Source of the DNA: Patescibacteria group bacterium
GTDB taxonomy: Bacteria > Patescibacteriota > Patescibacteriia > 2-01-FULL-39-33
Direction of reading: 5' to 3'
Assembly: GCA_041662745.1 (NCBI GenBank)
Contig: JBAZRV010000008.1
Coordinates: 1 to 32,000, forward strand
DNA length: 32,000 nucleotides
The position numbers and the translations under genes were made by a program. Shown here one piece after another: positions 8,964 to 17,723 of this stretch. The notes under the pieces are model-generated. The model searched no databases, was not told the DNA's origin, and worked only from the letters and a program-made list of their open reading frames with translations. The number at the start of each line of letters is the position of its first letter. Position 1 is the stretch's first letter.

Positions 8964-9737
8964 TTAAAGCCAGATAGCGGTGATAAGAGTTAAAACGACC
9001 ACCAAGGAGAAAATAAAGATTGCCCTTAAACCAGAGCCGCCTTTATTGCCTTTTGTTAAGCGGGCTGGGGATGATAAAGACAGAGACAGCATTAAATAAT
9101 AGGTGGCGGACAACAAGATGGCTAACACATAAAAACTAACCGGCCAAAACAACAACAAAAACAGCAATTCCGTTAATACTATAGCCTGTATTAAAGCATA
9201 AATCAAGGCGTTACGCCGGCCGGATAAATATTTAAGGTAAAGCCAATAATAAAGGACAAAATAAACCAAGCTCAAAATCGGGACAATCACCACCGCCGGC
9301 CAATTCAAAAAAATAGAAAAATTAACCAGAGCGGCCGTCAAGAAAAAAATTATCAGAATATCAAAGTATGAATGTAAATTATTCAAATTGGCCACGCTAA
9401 CCTTGGCGGTTTCATAAAAATCATGGAACACCACCTCCAGATAAAGCCAGAATAAAAAAGCCCAGGAGAGCAGGAACAGGTTAAGAACATAAAAACTTTC
9501 CAAAATCAATAAAAAAACAAAACCGGCAATAACGAAAATCAAACTGTAAAGATAGGCAAAAGTAACCGATTTGGTCTTGTGGTTAGATTTAATTAAAAAA
9601 AAATAAATACTGGGAACTGCTAAGATGACAATAAAAAACCACGACCAATAACCGGGCCAATAAAAAAGCGCTTGGCAAAGAAGAAAAAAGGCTACCGCCG
9701 CCAGATAAGGAAAAATTCGTAAAAGAAGCAAGATCAT
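8964..9737 (-). CDS. Polytopic membrane protein of unknown function (257 aa)
   Basis: Multiple hydrophobic segments; no recognised family. Confidence 0.6.
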   Translation of the reverse strand: MILLLLRIFPYLAAVAFFLLCQALFYWPGYWSWFFIVILAVPSIYFFLIKSNHKTKSVTFAYLYSLIFVIAGFVFLLILESFYVLNLFLLSWAFLFWLYLEVVFHDFYETAKVSVANLNNLHSYFDILIIFFLTAALVNFSIFLNWPAVVIVPILSLVYFVLYYWLYLKYLSGRRNALIYALIQAIVLTELLFLLLFWPVSFYVLAILLSATYYLMLSLSLSSPARLTKGNKGGSGLRAIFIFSLVVVLTLITAIWL

Positions 9738-9742
9738 AATCC

Positions 9743-10204
9743 TTATTTCTGATTGATTATGCTTTTCAATTCTGCCAGCTTCTTGCTAACCGCCGCTTGC
9801 TGGCCGGAAACTGACAACTCGCCAATTTCGCCTAAAGTCAGAATGACGGCCAGATGCTTAGCTTTATCATTGGGCGGGACCTTGAGCGCCAACAATTTAT
9901 CTTGAGCGGAGCGAGCCAAAACCGCCAAGTCATCACTGACCGCCACTTGATTCAAAAACTCACCGGTAATAGCGCTAAAATTATCGGCATAATCGGCGTC
10001 TAATTTAATCAGGTCAACCGGCTGGCTGGGTTGATCCAAATTAGCCGTTACCTGTTTGATCTGGCCGGGTGGAAGTCCGATACTGTTAACGGCCCCATAA
10101 AATTTATAAACCAAGAACGCCGAACCGCATAAAACAACCAACCCAATCAAAAAACCGATCAGTATTTGCTGATTTAATTCCAACTTCAAACTGTTTTTGA
10201 TCAT
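9743..10204 (-). CDS. Hypothetical membrane-anchored protein (153 aa)
   Basis: N-terminal TM segment ILIGFLIGLVVLCGSAFLVYKFY and a helical C-terminal domain. Confidence 0.55.
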   Translation of the reverse strand: MIKNSLKLELNQQILIGFLIGLVVLCGSAFLVYKFYGAVNSIGLPPGQIKQVTANLDQPSQPVDLIKLDADYADNFSAITGEFLNQVAVSDDLAVLARSAQDKLLALKVPPNDKAKHLAVILTLGEIGELSVSGQQAAVSKKLAELKSIINQK

Positions 10205-10219
10205 ATAACTGAATTTTAA

Positions 10220-10576
10220 TTAGATGGCGCTGAATAAGGCTAAACCGATAAAGATAACGGCGAAGATAACAAACATCGTAGCGACCGTAGAAATAAACGC
10301 GGTTAGGGATTCCTTGTAGCGTTTATCTAAAAAATAACGCACCGGCCAAATAAAAACGATTACGCCGGACACGGCGACTGACAAAACCAATAAGGCAAGA
10401 AAAGCCACAATACCAAAAACCGCTGTCCAGGGCCGGGGCGTGGCAAAAAATGTCTGCGTGCCGACTATGAATATCGCCACTAAAGCGATGTAGCACACTT
10501 CCATAATGCCAGCCACCAAGCCTTGGCCGGCCGGAGTGGAAAAACGATCGCGCTTGAAAGGATTGAGTTTGAGCAT
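10220..10576 (-). CDS. Small polytopic membrane protein (118 aa)
   Basis: Three hydrophobic segments; packed with same-strand neighbours. Confidence 0.55.
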   Translation of the reverse strand: MLKLNPFKRDRFSTPAGQGLVAGIMEVCYIALVAIFIVGTQTFFATPRPWTAVFGIVAFLALLVLSVAVSGVIVFIWPVRYFLDKRYKESLTAFISTVATMFVIFAVIFIGLALFSAI

Positions 10577-10623
10577 ATGATTAAAAATTAATTATTGATT
10601 ATTGGCCGATGGTTTTGATTCTG

Positions 10624-10974
10624 CTACAAAGAAAAATTATCCTTAAGATTTATTTCTATCCAATCAACCAAGGCGTCATCCCATTTATAGGCCTTAATCA
10701 GGTGGGTGAAATCGGTTTCCGAATAAACATATTCTACTTCATGATGGCTGCCGATACGCCGGCTGCCGTGAGTCTGCTTGTCCAATATTACCGGCCGGGT
10801 GATAAAATCTATCTTCATCCTGCCCAAAGGACCGGTAAAACACAGCGTTTCTTTTTCACCGACCTCCGGTTCAGGCAATTCCTCCGCGGTTATTTGAACG
10901 TCGGGAAAATTATCCTGAATCATGCCTTTGATTTGCTGCCATTTTTGCGGGGTCATATAATTATATCTTACCAT
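10624..10974 (-). CDS. Conserved-looking hypothetical protein (116 aa)
   Basis: Soluble ORF overlapping the queH stop by 14 nt. An internal start (MTPQKWQQ) would remove the overlap. Confidence 0.55.
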   Translation of the reverse strand: MVRYNYMTPQKWQQIKGMIQDNFPDVQITAEELPEPEVGEKETLCFTGPLGRMKIDFITRPVILDKQTHGSRRIGSHHEVEYVYSETDFTHLIKAYKWDDALVDWIEINLKDNFSL

Positions 10975-11509
10975 TTTTTAGGCTGTATTCGCAACCGCAA
11001 TATTTCTGACGATAAAATCCTTGATCTTTGGCGAATGAGAGGGCGGCGGCATAACCGGGATTAGCTTTAAAATCAAGATCTAAATATTCCAAGCCGTATT
11101 TGCGGGCCAATGCTTTACCCAGCTGGCGAATGATTTTGTCATCTTTATGCGGCGAGATGCTAAGCGAGGTAACAAAGCAATTGAATCCATGGTCAGCCGC
11201 ATAATCGGCGGCGTTATTAAGACGCAAGTTATAACAGATTCGGCAACGTTTGCCCCGTTCCGGTTCCCGCTCCAAACTCCGAATTGATCTTAGCCAGCGA
11301 TCATGATCCCGATCAACTGAAATGAAGTCAACGCCTTGGCCGGTAAAATATTTCCCGGCTTCTTCGGCGCGTTTATGGAATTCCTCTTCCGGCCAAATAT
11401 TGGGGTTATCAAAATAAACAGTGAGATCGTATTTTTCGATCAATTGTTGCGACAAAAGGCCGCTGCAAGGCGCGCAGCAGACATGAAATAATAGTTTTTC
11501 CTTGATCAT
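10961..11509 (-). CDS. queH: Epoxyqueuosine reductase QueH (DUF208 family)
   Basis: LLFHVCCAPCSG, YFDNPNIWPEEEFHKRAEE, KRCRICYNLRL, FVTSLSISPHKDDKIIRQLG, YRQKYCGCEYSLK. Confidence 0.9.
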   Translation of the reverse strand: MIKEKLLFHVCCAPCSGLLSQQLIEKYDLTVYFDNPNIWPEEEFHKRAEEAGKYFTGQGVDFISVDRDHDRWLRSIRSLEREPERGKRCRICYNLRLNNAADYAADHGFNCFVTSLSISPHKDDKIIRQLGKALARKYGLEYLDLDFKANPGYAAALSFAKDQGFYRQKYCGCEYSLKNGKI

Positions 11510-11761
11510 TTAGGCCAGCTTAAAAACTTCATCGCCCTCTTTTACCGGCTGATCAACCTTAAAGCCGACGGCTTGGCCGACATTAGCCATAGACACTTCT
11601 GCGCGATCAATCTGCAAAGAATTAACGGCCTGCTCAAACTCTCTGTCTCCCCCCTTGACTTTAATGGTATCGCCAACGGCCAGTTGACCGTCACTCAGTT
11701 CAATCACGCCGACCCCGATCTTGCCGAAGTAGTGAGTGATTTTACCGATTTTTTCTTCCAT
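11510..11761 (-). CDS. EF-Tu domain 2-like small beta-barrel protein (83 aa)
   Basis: MEEKIGKITHYFGKIGVGVIELSDGQLAVGDTIKVKG...FEQAVNSLQIDRAEVSMANVGQAVGFKVDQPVKEGDEVFKL resembles translation factor-like standalone domains. Confidence 0.65.
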   Translation of the reverse strand: MEEKIGKITHYFGKIGVGVIELSDGQLAVGDTIKVKGGDREFEQAVNSLQIDRAEVSMANVGQAVGFKVDQPVKEGDEVFKLA

Positions 11762-11765
11762 ATGT

Positions 11766-12206
11766 TTAATTTTTTAATGTTTTGATCAAATTATCAGCTT
11801 CCGCCAGAATTTCTTTCGGCTGTTTAAAACGCACTAATTTCTGGGCGGTCGTCAGATCAAACCAACCATAACCGTTATGTTCGTGGGAAATTTTCGGTTC
11901 GGTGCCGGGCGGAACTTCAGCCAAATAAATCACAAAATCCTTTTTAATCAGGTCGTTTCCCCCATGATGCGTTTCCCGAAACATAAACTCCGTCTGTTCT
12001 CTAAAACCGTCAATTACTTTAATATCTTTTAAGCCGGCTTCTTCGTACAGTTCGCGCAAACCGGTTTCTAACTCGCTCTCTCCTTCCTCCATTTTGCCTT
12101 TAGGAAAATTCCAATAACTGCCCCGGTGATACAATACCAAATATTGCAAGCCTTCTTTAGGATGGCGGCGAAAAATAATAAAACCGACTGATTTTTGTCT
12201 GATCAT
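11766..12206 (-). CDS. NUDIX hydrolase
   Basis: Nudix box GKMEEGESELETGLRELYEEAGL (GX5EX7REUXEEXGU). Confidence 0.9.
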   Translation of the reverse strand: MIRQKSVGFIIFRRHPKEGLQYLVLYHRGSYWNFPKGKMEEGESELETGLRELYEEAGLKDIKVIDGFREQTEFMFRETHHGGNDLIKKDFVIYLAEVPPGTEPKISHEHNGYGWFDLTTAQKLVRFKQPKEILAEADNLIKTLKN

Positions 12207-12214
12207 ATTGGTAA

Positions 12215-13465
12215 TTATTTCAGATATTTCTTTCCTTTTAATTTTTCCGGCAGATATTCCTGCTCTTCTTGATAAGCAAAATCAGGCGAATACTTGTAAT
12301 CTTTGCCATAACCCAACTCCCTCATCAGTTTAGTCGGGGCATTGCGCAAATGGATCGGTACTGGCTCATCAGCCGTCTCCTTAACATCAAGCTGGACTTT
12401 AAGGTAAGCCTCGTAAAGGTCGTTTGATTTTTTACATTTAGCCAGATAAACAGCCACTTGAGCCAGAATCACATTACATTCAGGCATACCTAAATAATGG
12501 CAGGCCGTATAGCCGGCGACGGCTTGTTCTAATGCCCGTGAATTGGCCAGGCCGACATCTTCGCTGGCAAACCGTATCAAACGCCGGGCGATATACAAAG
12601 GATCTTCTCCCGCCTCCAGCATCCGGGCCAGCCAATACAGCGCGGCATCGGCATCCGAACCGCGCAAGGATTTATGCAAGGCGGAAATAATATTATAATG
12701 CTGCTCGCCGGACTTATCGTATAAATGGGCATTACGCTGTAAAGAATCCTTGATTTTATTTTTATCCAACTTAATTATACCAGATTTACCGGGTTTGGTC
12801 GCTGTTACTGCTAATTCCAAAACATTCAAAGCGGTACGAGCATCGCCATTAGCTAATAAGGATAAGTATTCTAAAACTTCATCGCCGTAAGCTATCTTAT
12901 AATTTCCCAATCCCCGGTCCTTATCCGCCAAAGCTTTGAGGATTATCGCTTTAATATCAGCTGGCGCCAATTGTTCCAAAATAAAAACTCGCGAACGCGA
13001 TAATAAAGCTGAATTAATCTCAAAAGACGGATTTTCCGTAGTGGCGCCGATCAAAATAACGATGCCGCTTTCCACATGCGGCAATAAAGCATCCTGCTGG
13101 GATTTATTCCAACGATGAATTTCGTCAATAAACAAAATAGTCCGCTGCCCGGAAAATTTCAACCGTTCTTGCGCTTCTCCGATTATTTTTTTTAATTCTT
13201 TGACGCCGCAACTGACAGCGGAAAAGGAGACGAAAAACGAACCGCTCATGCCAGCGACGATCTTCGCTAAAGTAGTTTTGCCTGTGCCTGGCGGACCCCA
13301 AAAAACCAAAGAGGGCAGTTGGTCGCTTTCCATCAGCCGGCGAAGCAGTTTACCCTTGCCCACCAAATCATTCTGACCCACAAATTCCTCCAAATTACGC
13401 GGGCGGAGGCGATCGGCTAAAGGCGCATTAGCGCTGAGTTTTGAATCAAATAAATCCATAGCCAT
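12215..13465 (-). CDS. rarA: Replication-associated recombination protein A (RarA/MgsA), AAA+ ATPase
   Basis: PLADRLRPRNLEEFVGQNDLVG, Walker A GPPGTGKTTLAKI, FIDEIHRWNKSQQDALLPHVESGIVILIGATTENPSFEINSALLSRSRVF. Confidence 0.93.
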   Translation of the reverse strand: MAMDLFDSKLSANAPLADRLRPRNLEEFVGQNDLVGKGKLLRRLMESDQLPSLVFWGPPGTGKTTLAKIVAGMSGSFFVSFSAVSCGVKELKKIIGEAQERLKFSGQRTILFIDEIHRWNKSQQDALLPHVESGIVILIGATTENPSFEINSALLSRSRVFILEQLAPADIKAIILKALADKDRGLGNYKIAYGDEVLEYLSLLANGDARTALNVLELAVTATKPGKSGIIKLDKNKIKDSLQRNAHLYDKSGEQHYNIISALHKSLRGSDADAALYWLARMLEAGEDPLYIARRLIRFASEDVGLANSRALEQAVAGYTACHYLGMPECNVILAQVAVYLAKCKKSNDLYEAYLKVQLDVKETADEPVPIHLRNAPTKLMRELGYGKDYKYSPDFAYQEEQEYLPEKLKGKKYLK

Positions 13466-13563
13466 ATCTTAGCTGACTTTCCAAACGATTACAAACCCCT
13501 GATCATTTAATGAGCAATTTTGTGTTCAATGACGCAACTCAGCCTTGGCGCCGGAAAAATTAA

Positions 13564-13587
13564 CAAAAAAAAGGGGCGATCCCTTTG
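13564..13587 (-). terminator. Intrinsic terminator closing the 13.6-31.9 kb cluster
   Basis: Minus strand AAAGGG-ATCGC-CCCTTTTTTTTG: 6-bp stem, 5-nt loop and T8 run just after the stop of 13610..15985. Confidence 0.8.
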
Positions 13588-13609
13588 TTGCAGATCTTTC
13601 ATTAATCGA

Positions 13610-15985
13610 TTAAGCCGGACTTAATTCCTTAGTGCCCACTTTTTTCTTCATGCCTTTAAGGGGTAAAGAAATATAAAAAGTTGAACCCTTATTTTCTTTG
13701 GATGTAAACCATACTTTGCCGCCCGCTTTTTCCACTATAGACTTGACCATATACAACCCCAAACCGGTGCCATCGGTTTCTTTATTCCTGACATTATCCG
13801 CCCGAAAAAGCTTGGTGAAAATTTTGACTTTAGCGTTCTCCGGTATGCCATAGCCATTATCAGCAATACTAATCAAGATATTTTCTCCTTGCTTGGATAA
13901 AATAACGCTCACCTTGCCCTTGGCCGGCGTATATTTGATTGCATTAGTCAGTAAATTTTGGATCAAAATCCTAACTAAATTGGGATCGGCCTTGACTAAG
14001 GGCAGATCTTTGCTGTAATGTTCTGCCAGTTTAATTTTCTTTTTGACGATTTGAGGCTTCAGCTCTCCAATAATGCTGCGGGAAATCTTTTTGAAATCAA
14101 TCAGTTTCGGTTCAATAGCAAAAGTTCCAAGATCAATCCGTGAAACATTGAGGAAGGCGTTAACCAACGCCACCATTCGCTTATTACTGTTGCGCACCTC
14201 GGTTAAGTAACTCTTCTGATCCTTATTAAGCTTGCCGGCAGCGCCTTTCAATAAGATTTCCGTGTACCAATTGACTGCCGCTAAGGGTGTACGCAACTGA
14301 TGTGATGCCAAAGAAACGAACTCAGTCTTCGCCTGATCTATTTGTTTTTCCTTAGTAATATCAATCTGAACGGCGGAAGCGCCTATAATCCGCCCTTGAG
14401 AATCTTTGACTGGTGAAACAGACAATGAAATATCCACTAAACTTCCATCTTTCCTCTTCCTGACGGTCTGAAAATGCTCAATTTCTTTGCCTTCAGAGAT
14501 TTTCTTCAAAAAATCATCAATTTCTTGATAGCGATCGGGGGGCGCCGTTATCCTGATGTTTTTTCCAATCGCTTCTTTAGCCGTATAGCCATACAGATTT
14601 TCCGCTCCCTTATTCCAACTAGTGATCGTACCAGCCAGGGTTTTACCGATAATCGGCTGTTCAGCGCCACGAACAATCGCCGCTAAATCTTCAGCTCTGT
14701 TCTTTTCTTCTTCTACGTCTTCTAAAATATTCAAAATCGCTTTCTGCTGTTTGGCCATGACTTCGGCGCGGCGGGAAATTTCTTTGGTTTGTTGTTTGAC
14801 TTTTTTTTCTGTTTCTTGCTTGCTATTATTGACGGCTGATAACATTTGATTGAAAGCCTCGGTCATCGTCTGTAATTCATCGTAATGTTTCAATGGCTGC
14901 AAATAAGCCCCCCAATCGCCCCGGCTGATCTTCAGCGCCGCCTCATTTAATTTTTTGATAGGGCGCAATAGATTGCGTATAAACAAAACAGAAATAAAAA
15001 TAGCGGAACCGGCGGCCAAAACAACAAATAAAACCAACAATAAGGAGATATTCAAAGCTGGTCTGATATAGCGCGATGCATCCGCCTCAAAAATCATATA
15101 AAAATCAAATTTTCCTACTTTTATCACCCCCAAAAGCTCTCTCCGACCTTCCTGCCGATCATTAAAGTCAAATAACTTATAACCGGTAATGCCGGCTATG
15201 TCGGATTGCAAAAAATCATAAAACAACGGCTTAATAGCCTGATCTTGATAACACAGACAGTCGCTAATATTCTTTTGCTGTTCCGCGCTTAATACCCCCA
15301 AGCTTTTCAACTTCCTATCCTGGACCGAGGAGGCGATGATTACGCCGTTATCATCAACAATCATTAATTTATAACTGGCATCAAAATTAAACCAATTCAG
15401 ATCATTGACGACAGCATCGGAATTTATTTTTATAACCACCGCACCCAATATCTGACCTTGATTATCCTTAACCGGCACCGCATAATAAAAACCCAACTCA
15501 TGCGTGGTGACACCAAAATTGGCTACCATTTTCGCTTGGCCGTCAATGGCATTATGGAAATAATTACGGAAACGGTAATCATTGCCGAGTAAAGAAGGAT
15601 CGGTGGAAACAATGGCGACGCCATTCTTATCCAACAGATAAATAATGGAATATTCACCGCCGATATTGGCATCATTCAATCTTTCTACGACAGCCGGATC
15701 TTGGATGGCCGGCTGTTCACTGCTAAGAACATTAATTATCGCCGTGCTTTTGGATAAATAGTCAGCAGCAGCAATACTGTCGTCAAACAGCTGCTCAACC
15801 TGATGGCTGGAACTTTGAAGAGTGGCTGATAGGATATTTTTATTCTCATCGTAAAAAGAATTTTCTGCCAGCCAAAAAACACTCAGAGCGGCTAAAAAGC
15901 CAAAAATAATAATTACTAAAGCGATACTAAGAGTGGCCCTGCTAATCAGACTCCGATAAGGAATTTTTTTATTTGTTATCGCCAT
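13610..15985 (-). CDS. Sensor histidine kinase: TM - Cache-like extracytoplasmic domain - TM - HAMP - PAS - HisKA - HATPase
   Basis: Cache-like GEYSIIYLLDKNGVAIVSTDPSLLGNDYRFRNYFHNA...GFYYAVPVKDNQGQILGAVVIKI; HAMP RNLLRPIKKLNEAALKISRGDW; PAS; H-box SLASHQLRTPLAAV; N/G boxes LLTNAIKYTP, DNGYGIP, TGLGLYMVKSIVEKAGG. Confidence 0.93.
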   Translation of the reverse strand: MAITNKKIPYRSLISRATLSIALVIIIFGFLAALSVFWLAENSFYDENKNILSATLQSSSHQVEQLFDDSIAAADYLSKSTAIINVLSSEQPAIQDPAVVERLNDANIGGEYSIIYLLDKNGVAIVSTDPSLLGNDYRFRNYFHNAIDGQAKMVANFGVTTHELGFYYAVPVKDNQGQILGAVVIKINSDAVVNDLNWFNFDASYKLMIVDDNGVIIASSVQDRKLKSLGVLSAEQQKNISDCLCYQDQAIKPLFYDFLQSDIAGITGYKLFDFNDRQEGRRELLGVIKVGKFDFYMIFEADASRYIRPALNISLLLVLFVVLAAGSAIFISVLFIRNLLRPIKKLNEAALKISRGDWGAYLQPLKHYDELQTMTEAFNQMLSAVNNSKQETEKKVKQQTKEISRRAEVMAKQQKAILNILEDVEEEKNRAEDLAAIVRGAEQPIIGKTLAGTITSWNKGAENLYGYTAKEAIGKNIRITAPPDRYQEIDDFLKKISEGKEIEHFQTVRKRKDGSLVDISLSVSPVKDSQGRIIGASAVQIDITKEKQIDQAKTEFVSLASHQLRTPLAAVNWYTEILLKGAAGKLNKDQKSYLTEVRNSNKRMVALVNAFLNVSRIDLGTFAIEPKLIDFKKISRSIIGELKPQIVKKKIKLAEHYSKDLPLVKADPNLVRILIQNLLTNAIKYTPAKGKVSVILSKQGENILISIADNGYGIPENAKVKIFTKLFRADNVRNKETDGTGLGLYMVKSIVEKAGGKVWFTSKENKGSTFYISLPLKGMKKKVGTKELSPA

Positions 15986-16001
15986 ACCGCCTCAATGTCA
16001 T

Positions 16002-16202
16002 TTAATTAATCAGCTGACTTAACTGTCCGGCAACAGACATATGCTCTATCTCCTGATCGCGAATAAGCAGTACGGCATCACGTTCAAAAGGATCAGCTAA
16101 GCTTTCCAAGAATTCATCATAGAGATTCAAAGCTTGCTTTTCCAGGGCATACAATTCAACAAAACTTTCAGCTAGCTCGGCTTTGCTTTTTTTTGTTTTC
16201 AT
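16002..16202 (-). CDS. 66-aa helical protein, possibly a ferritin/rubrerythrin-like helical hairpin
   Basis: AESFVELYALEKQALNLYDEFLESLADPFERDAVLLIRDQEIEHMSVAGQLSQLI shows E...E..A...Y and E..H spacing. Overlaps the upstream PAS gene by 35 nt. Confidence 0.5.
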   Translation of the reverse strand: MKTKKSKAELAESFVELYALEKQALNLYDEFLESLADPFERDAVLLIRDQEIEHMSVAGQLSQLIN

Positions 16203-17307
16203 ATTTGATTAATTCTTTAAATTTTTTCTCATGTTCCCGGCTCTCCTCAAGCAGCTGTTCAAGAAGTTTTTTTATCTTTCTGACCTCAACGGCGCTTAAA
16301 TCGTAACTGCTTATCTTTGCCAAATAATCAGTAGTTAAGCTCTGCACCAGATCATCTTCCAGTTCTACGGCCTCCTGAAATTTTTGCGACCAGCTTTTTT
16401 CTGTCGCTGCTGGTTGCTCAACCGAACCCTTCCTAAGTTGTTCTTTAAGCTTGATTATCCGCAGTTCCCGTCCGACCATAAGCTCATTCAAACGTTCCAA
16501 GTCCCTCATTTTCTCCTTCAAACTATTCTCCGCCAGCCGCCGCTTAGTGATATCCAATGTAAAACCGATAACGCCCACGATGTCGCCGGCGGCATCGCGA
16601 TAAGGGATTTTATCGGTTTGGACCCAGAGAGTTTTATTAGGCAAAACCAAAGTTTCAATAATATTCCTCTTGGCCTTGCCCATTCTAATTACTTCCTTGT
16701 CATCATCCCAATAGGCTTGAGCCTGGTCTTTGCTGAAAAGATCAAACATGGATTTGCCCTGAAGCTGTTTCTTAGACATCCCCATTACATCGCTGAAGGC
16801 CCGGTTAACGCGGATAAAGCGATTATTTATATCTTTATAAAATATCCAAGCCGGCACGGAATCAAGAATTACTTCTATCTCCTGCTGCTGCCTGTGCAGA
16901 GCGTCTTCTATTTTCTTGCGCTCGGTAATATCACTGATTATACCCACCAAATAAAAATTTTTATTGCCGCTCTTAAAGACGTTCTTTTTAGTTATGATAT
17001 TATGCGTGACACCCCTGGCATCAGTGAATAATTCTTCATTGATATTCTCTTTGCCATTTTTAAACACCATTTCATCTTTACTCCAAAAAACCTTGGCCTC
17101 TTTATCCGAAAAAAAATCATAATCGGTTTTACCGATAAGCTTCTGCCGAGGGTACCCCATAAAAAGACAGTAAGCATCGTTAAGCAGAATCCAACGATGC
17201 TTGCGGTCTTTGACAAAAATCGGATCAGAAACCTTATTAATGATATCCAAAAGCACTTGCTCATCTTTGATAGAAAAATCAGAAGGCTTTGAAATTGGCG
17301 TTAGCAT
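16168..17307 (-). CDS. Kinase-less double-PAS protein with C-terminal coiled-coil/helical domain
   Basis: Two PAS/PAC units (IINKVSDPIFVKDRKHRWILLNDAYCLFMGY...VGIISDITERKK; ILDSVPAWIFYKDINNRFIRVNRAFSDVMG...GVIGFTLDITKRR) then a charged helix. No HisKA or HATPase. Confidence 0.85.
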   Translation of the reverse strand: MLTPISKPSDFSIKDEQVLLDIINKVSDPIFVKDRKHRWILLNDAYCLFMGYPRQKLIGKTDYDFFSDKEAKVFWSKDEMVFKNGKENINEELFTDARGVTHNIITKKNVFKSGNKNFYLVGIISDITERKKIEDALHRQQQEIEVILDSVPAWIFYKDINNRFIRVNRAFSDVMGMSKKQLQGKSMFDLFSKDQAQAYWDDDKEVIRMGKAKRNIIETLVLPNKTLWVQTDKIPYRDAAGDIVGVIGFTLDITKRRLAENSLKEKMRDLERLNELMVGRELRIIKLKEQLRKGSVEQPAATEKSWSQKFQEAVELEDDLVQSLTTDYLAKISSYDLSAVEVRKIKKLLEQLLEESREHEKKFKELIKYENKKKQSRAS

Positions 17308-17317
17308 AAGGAGGGGG

Positions 17318-17689
17318 TTACTTAATGCCCAATTTTTGCTGGACTTTAACGGCTACATCGGCGACATTCCAATCCACCTTGACCAAGTATTCAAAAGTTC
17401 CCAAGGCCACGGCTTGAGCGACCTTAGCTGAGTCGCTTAAATTACTCAAAATTACCACTTCGGCTTTCTTGCCCCACCGATCCTTACGTAACTTGGCTAA
17501 CATTTCCAAACCGTCCATCTTGGGCATTACCAAATCTAATAGAATTAAATCAGGTTTCTCTTTCTTGGCTAACCGTAAGCCCTCAACACCGTCTTTGGCA
17601 AGTAATACCTTAACCTGCCCGGCGTCAAATTGCGATGACAACGCCTTAAGCACGATTGGTTCATCATCAATGATTAACAATTTTTTCAT
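17318..17689 (-). CDS. Standalone response regulator receiver (REC) protein
   Basis: KKLLIIDDEPIVLKAL...PDLILLDLVMPKMDGLEML...VVILSNLSD...YLVKVDWN; no output domain. Confidence 0.93.
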   Translation of the reverse strand: MKKLLIIDDEPIVLKALSSQFDAGQVKVLLAKDGVEGLRLAKKEKPDLILLDLVMPKMDGLEMLAKLRKDRWGKKAEVVILSNLSDSAKVAQAVALGTFEYLVKVDWNVADVAVKVQQKLGIK

Positions 17690-17723
17690 ATTGTATTTTA
17701 AATTTATAACCGTTTAACAATGA

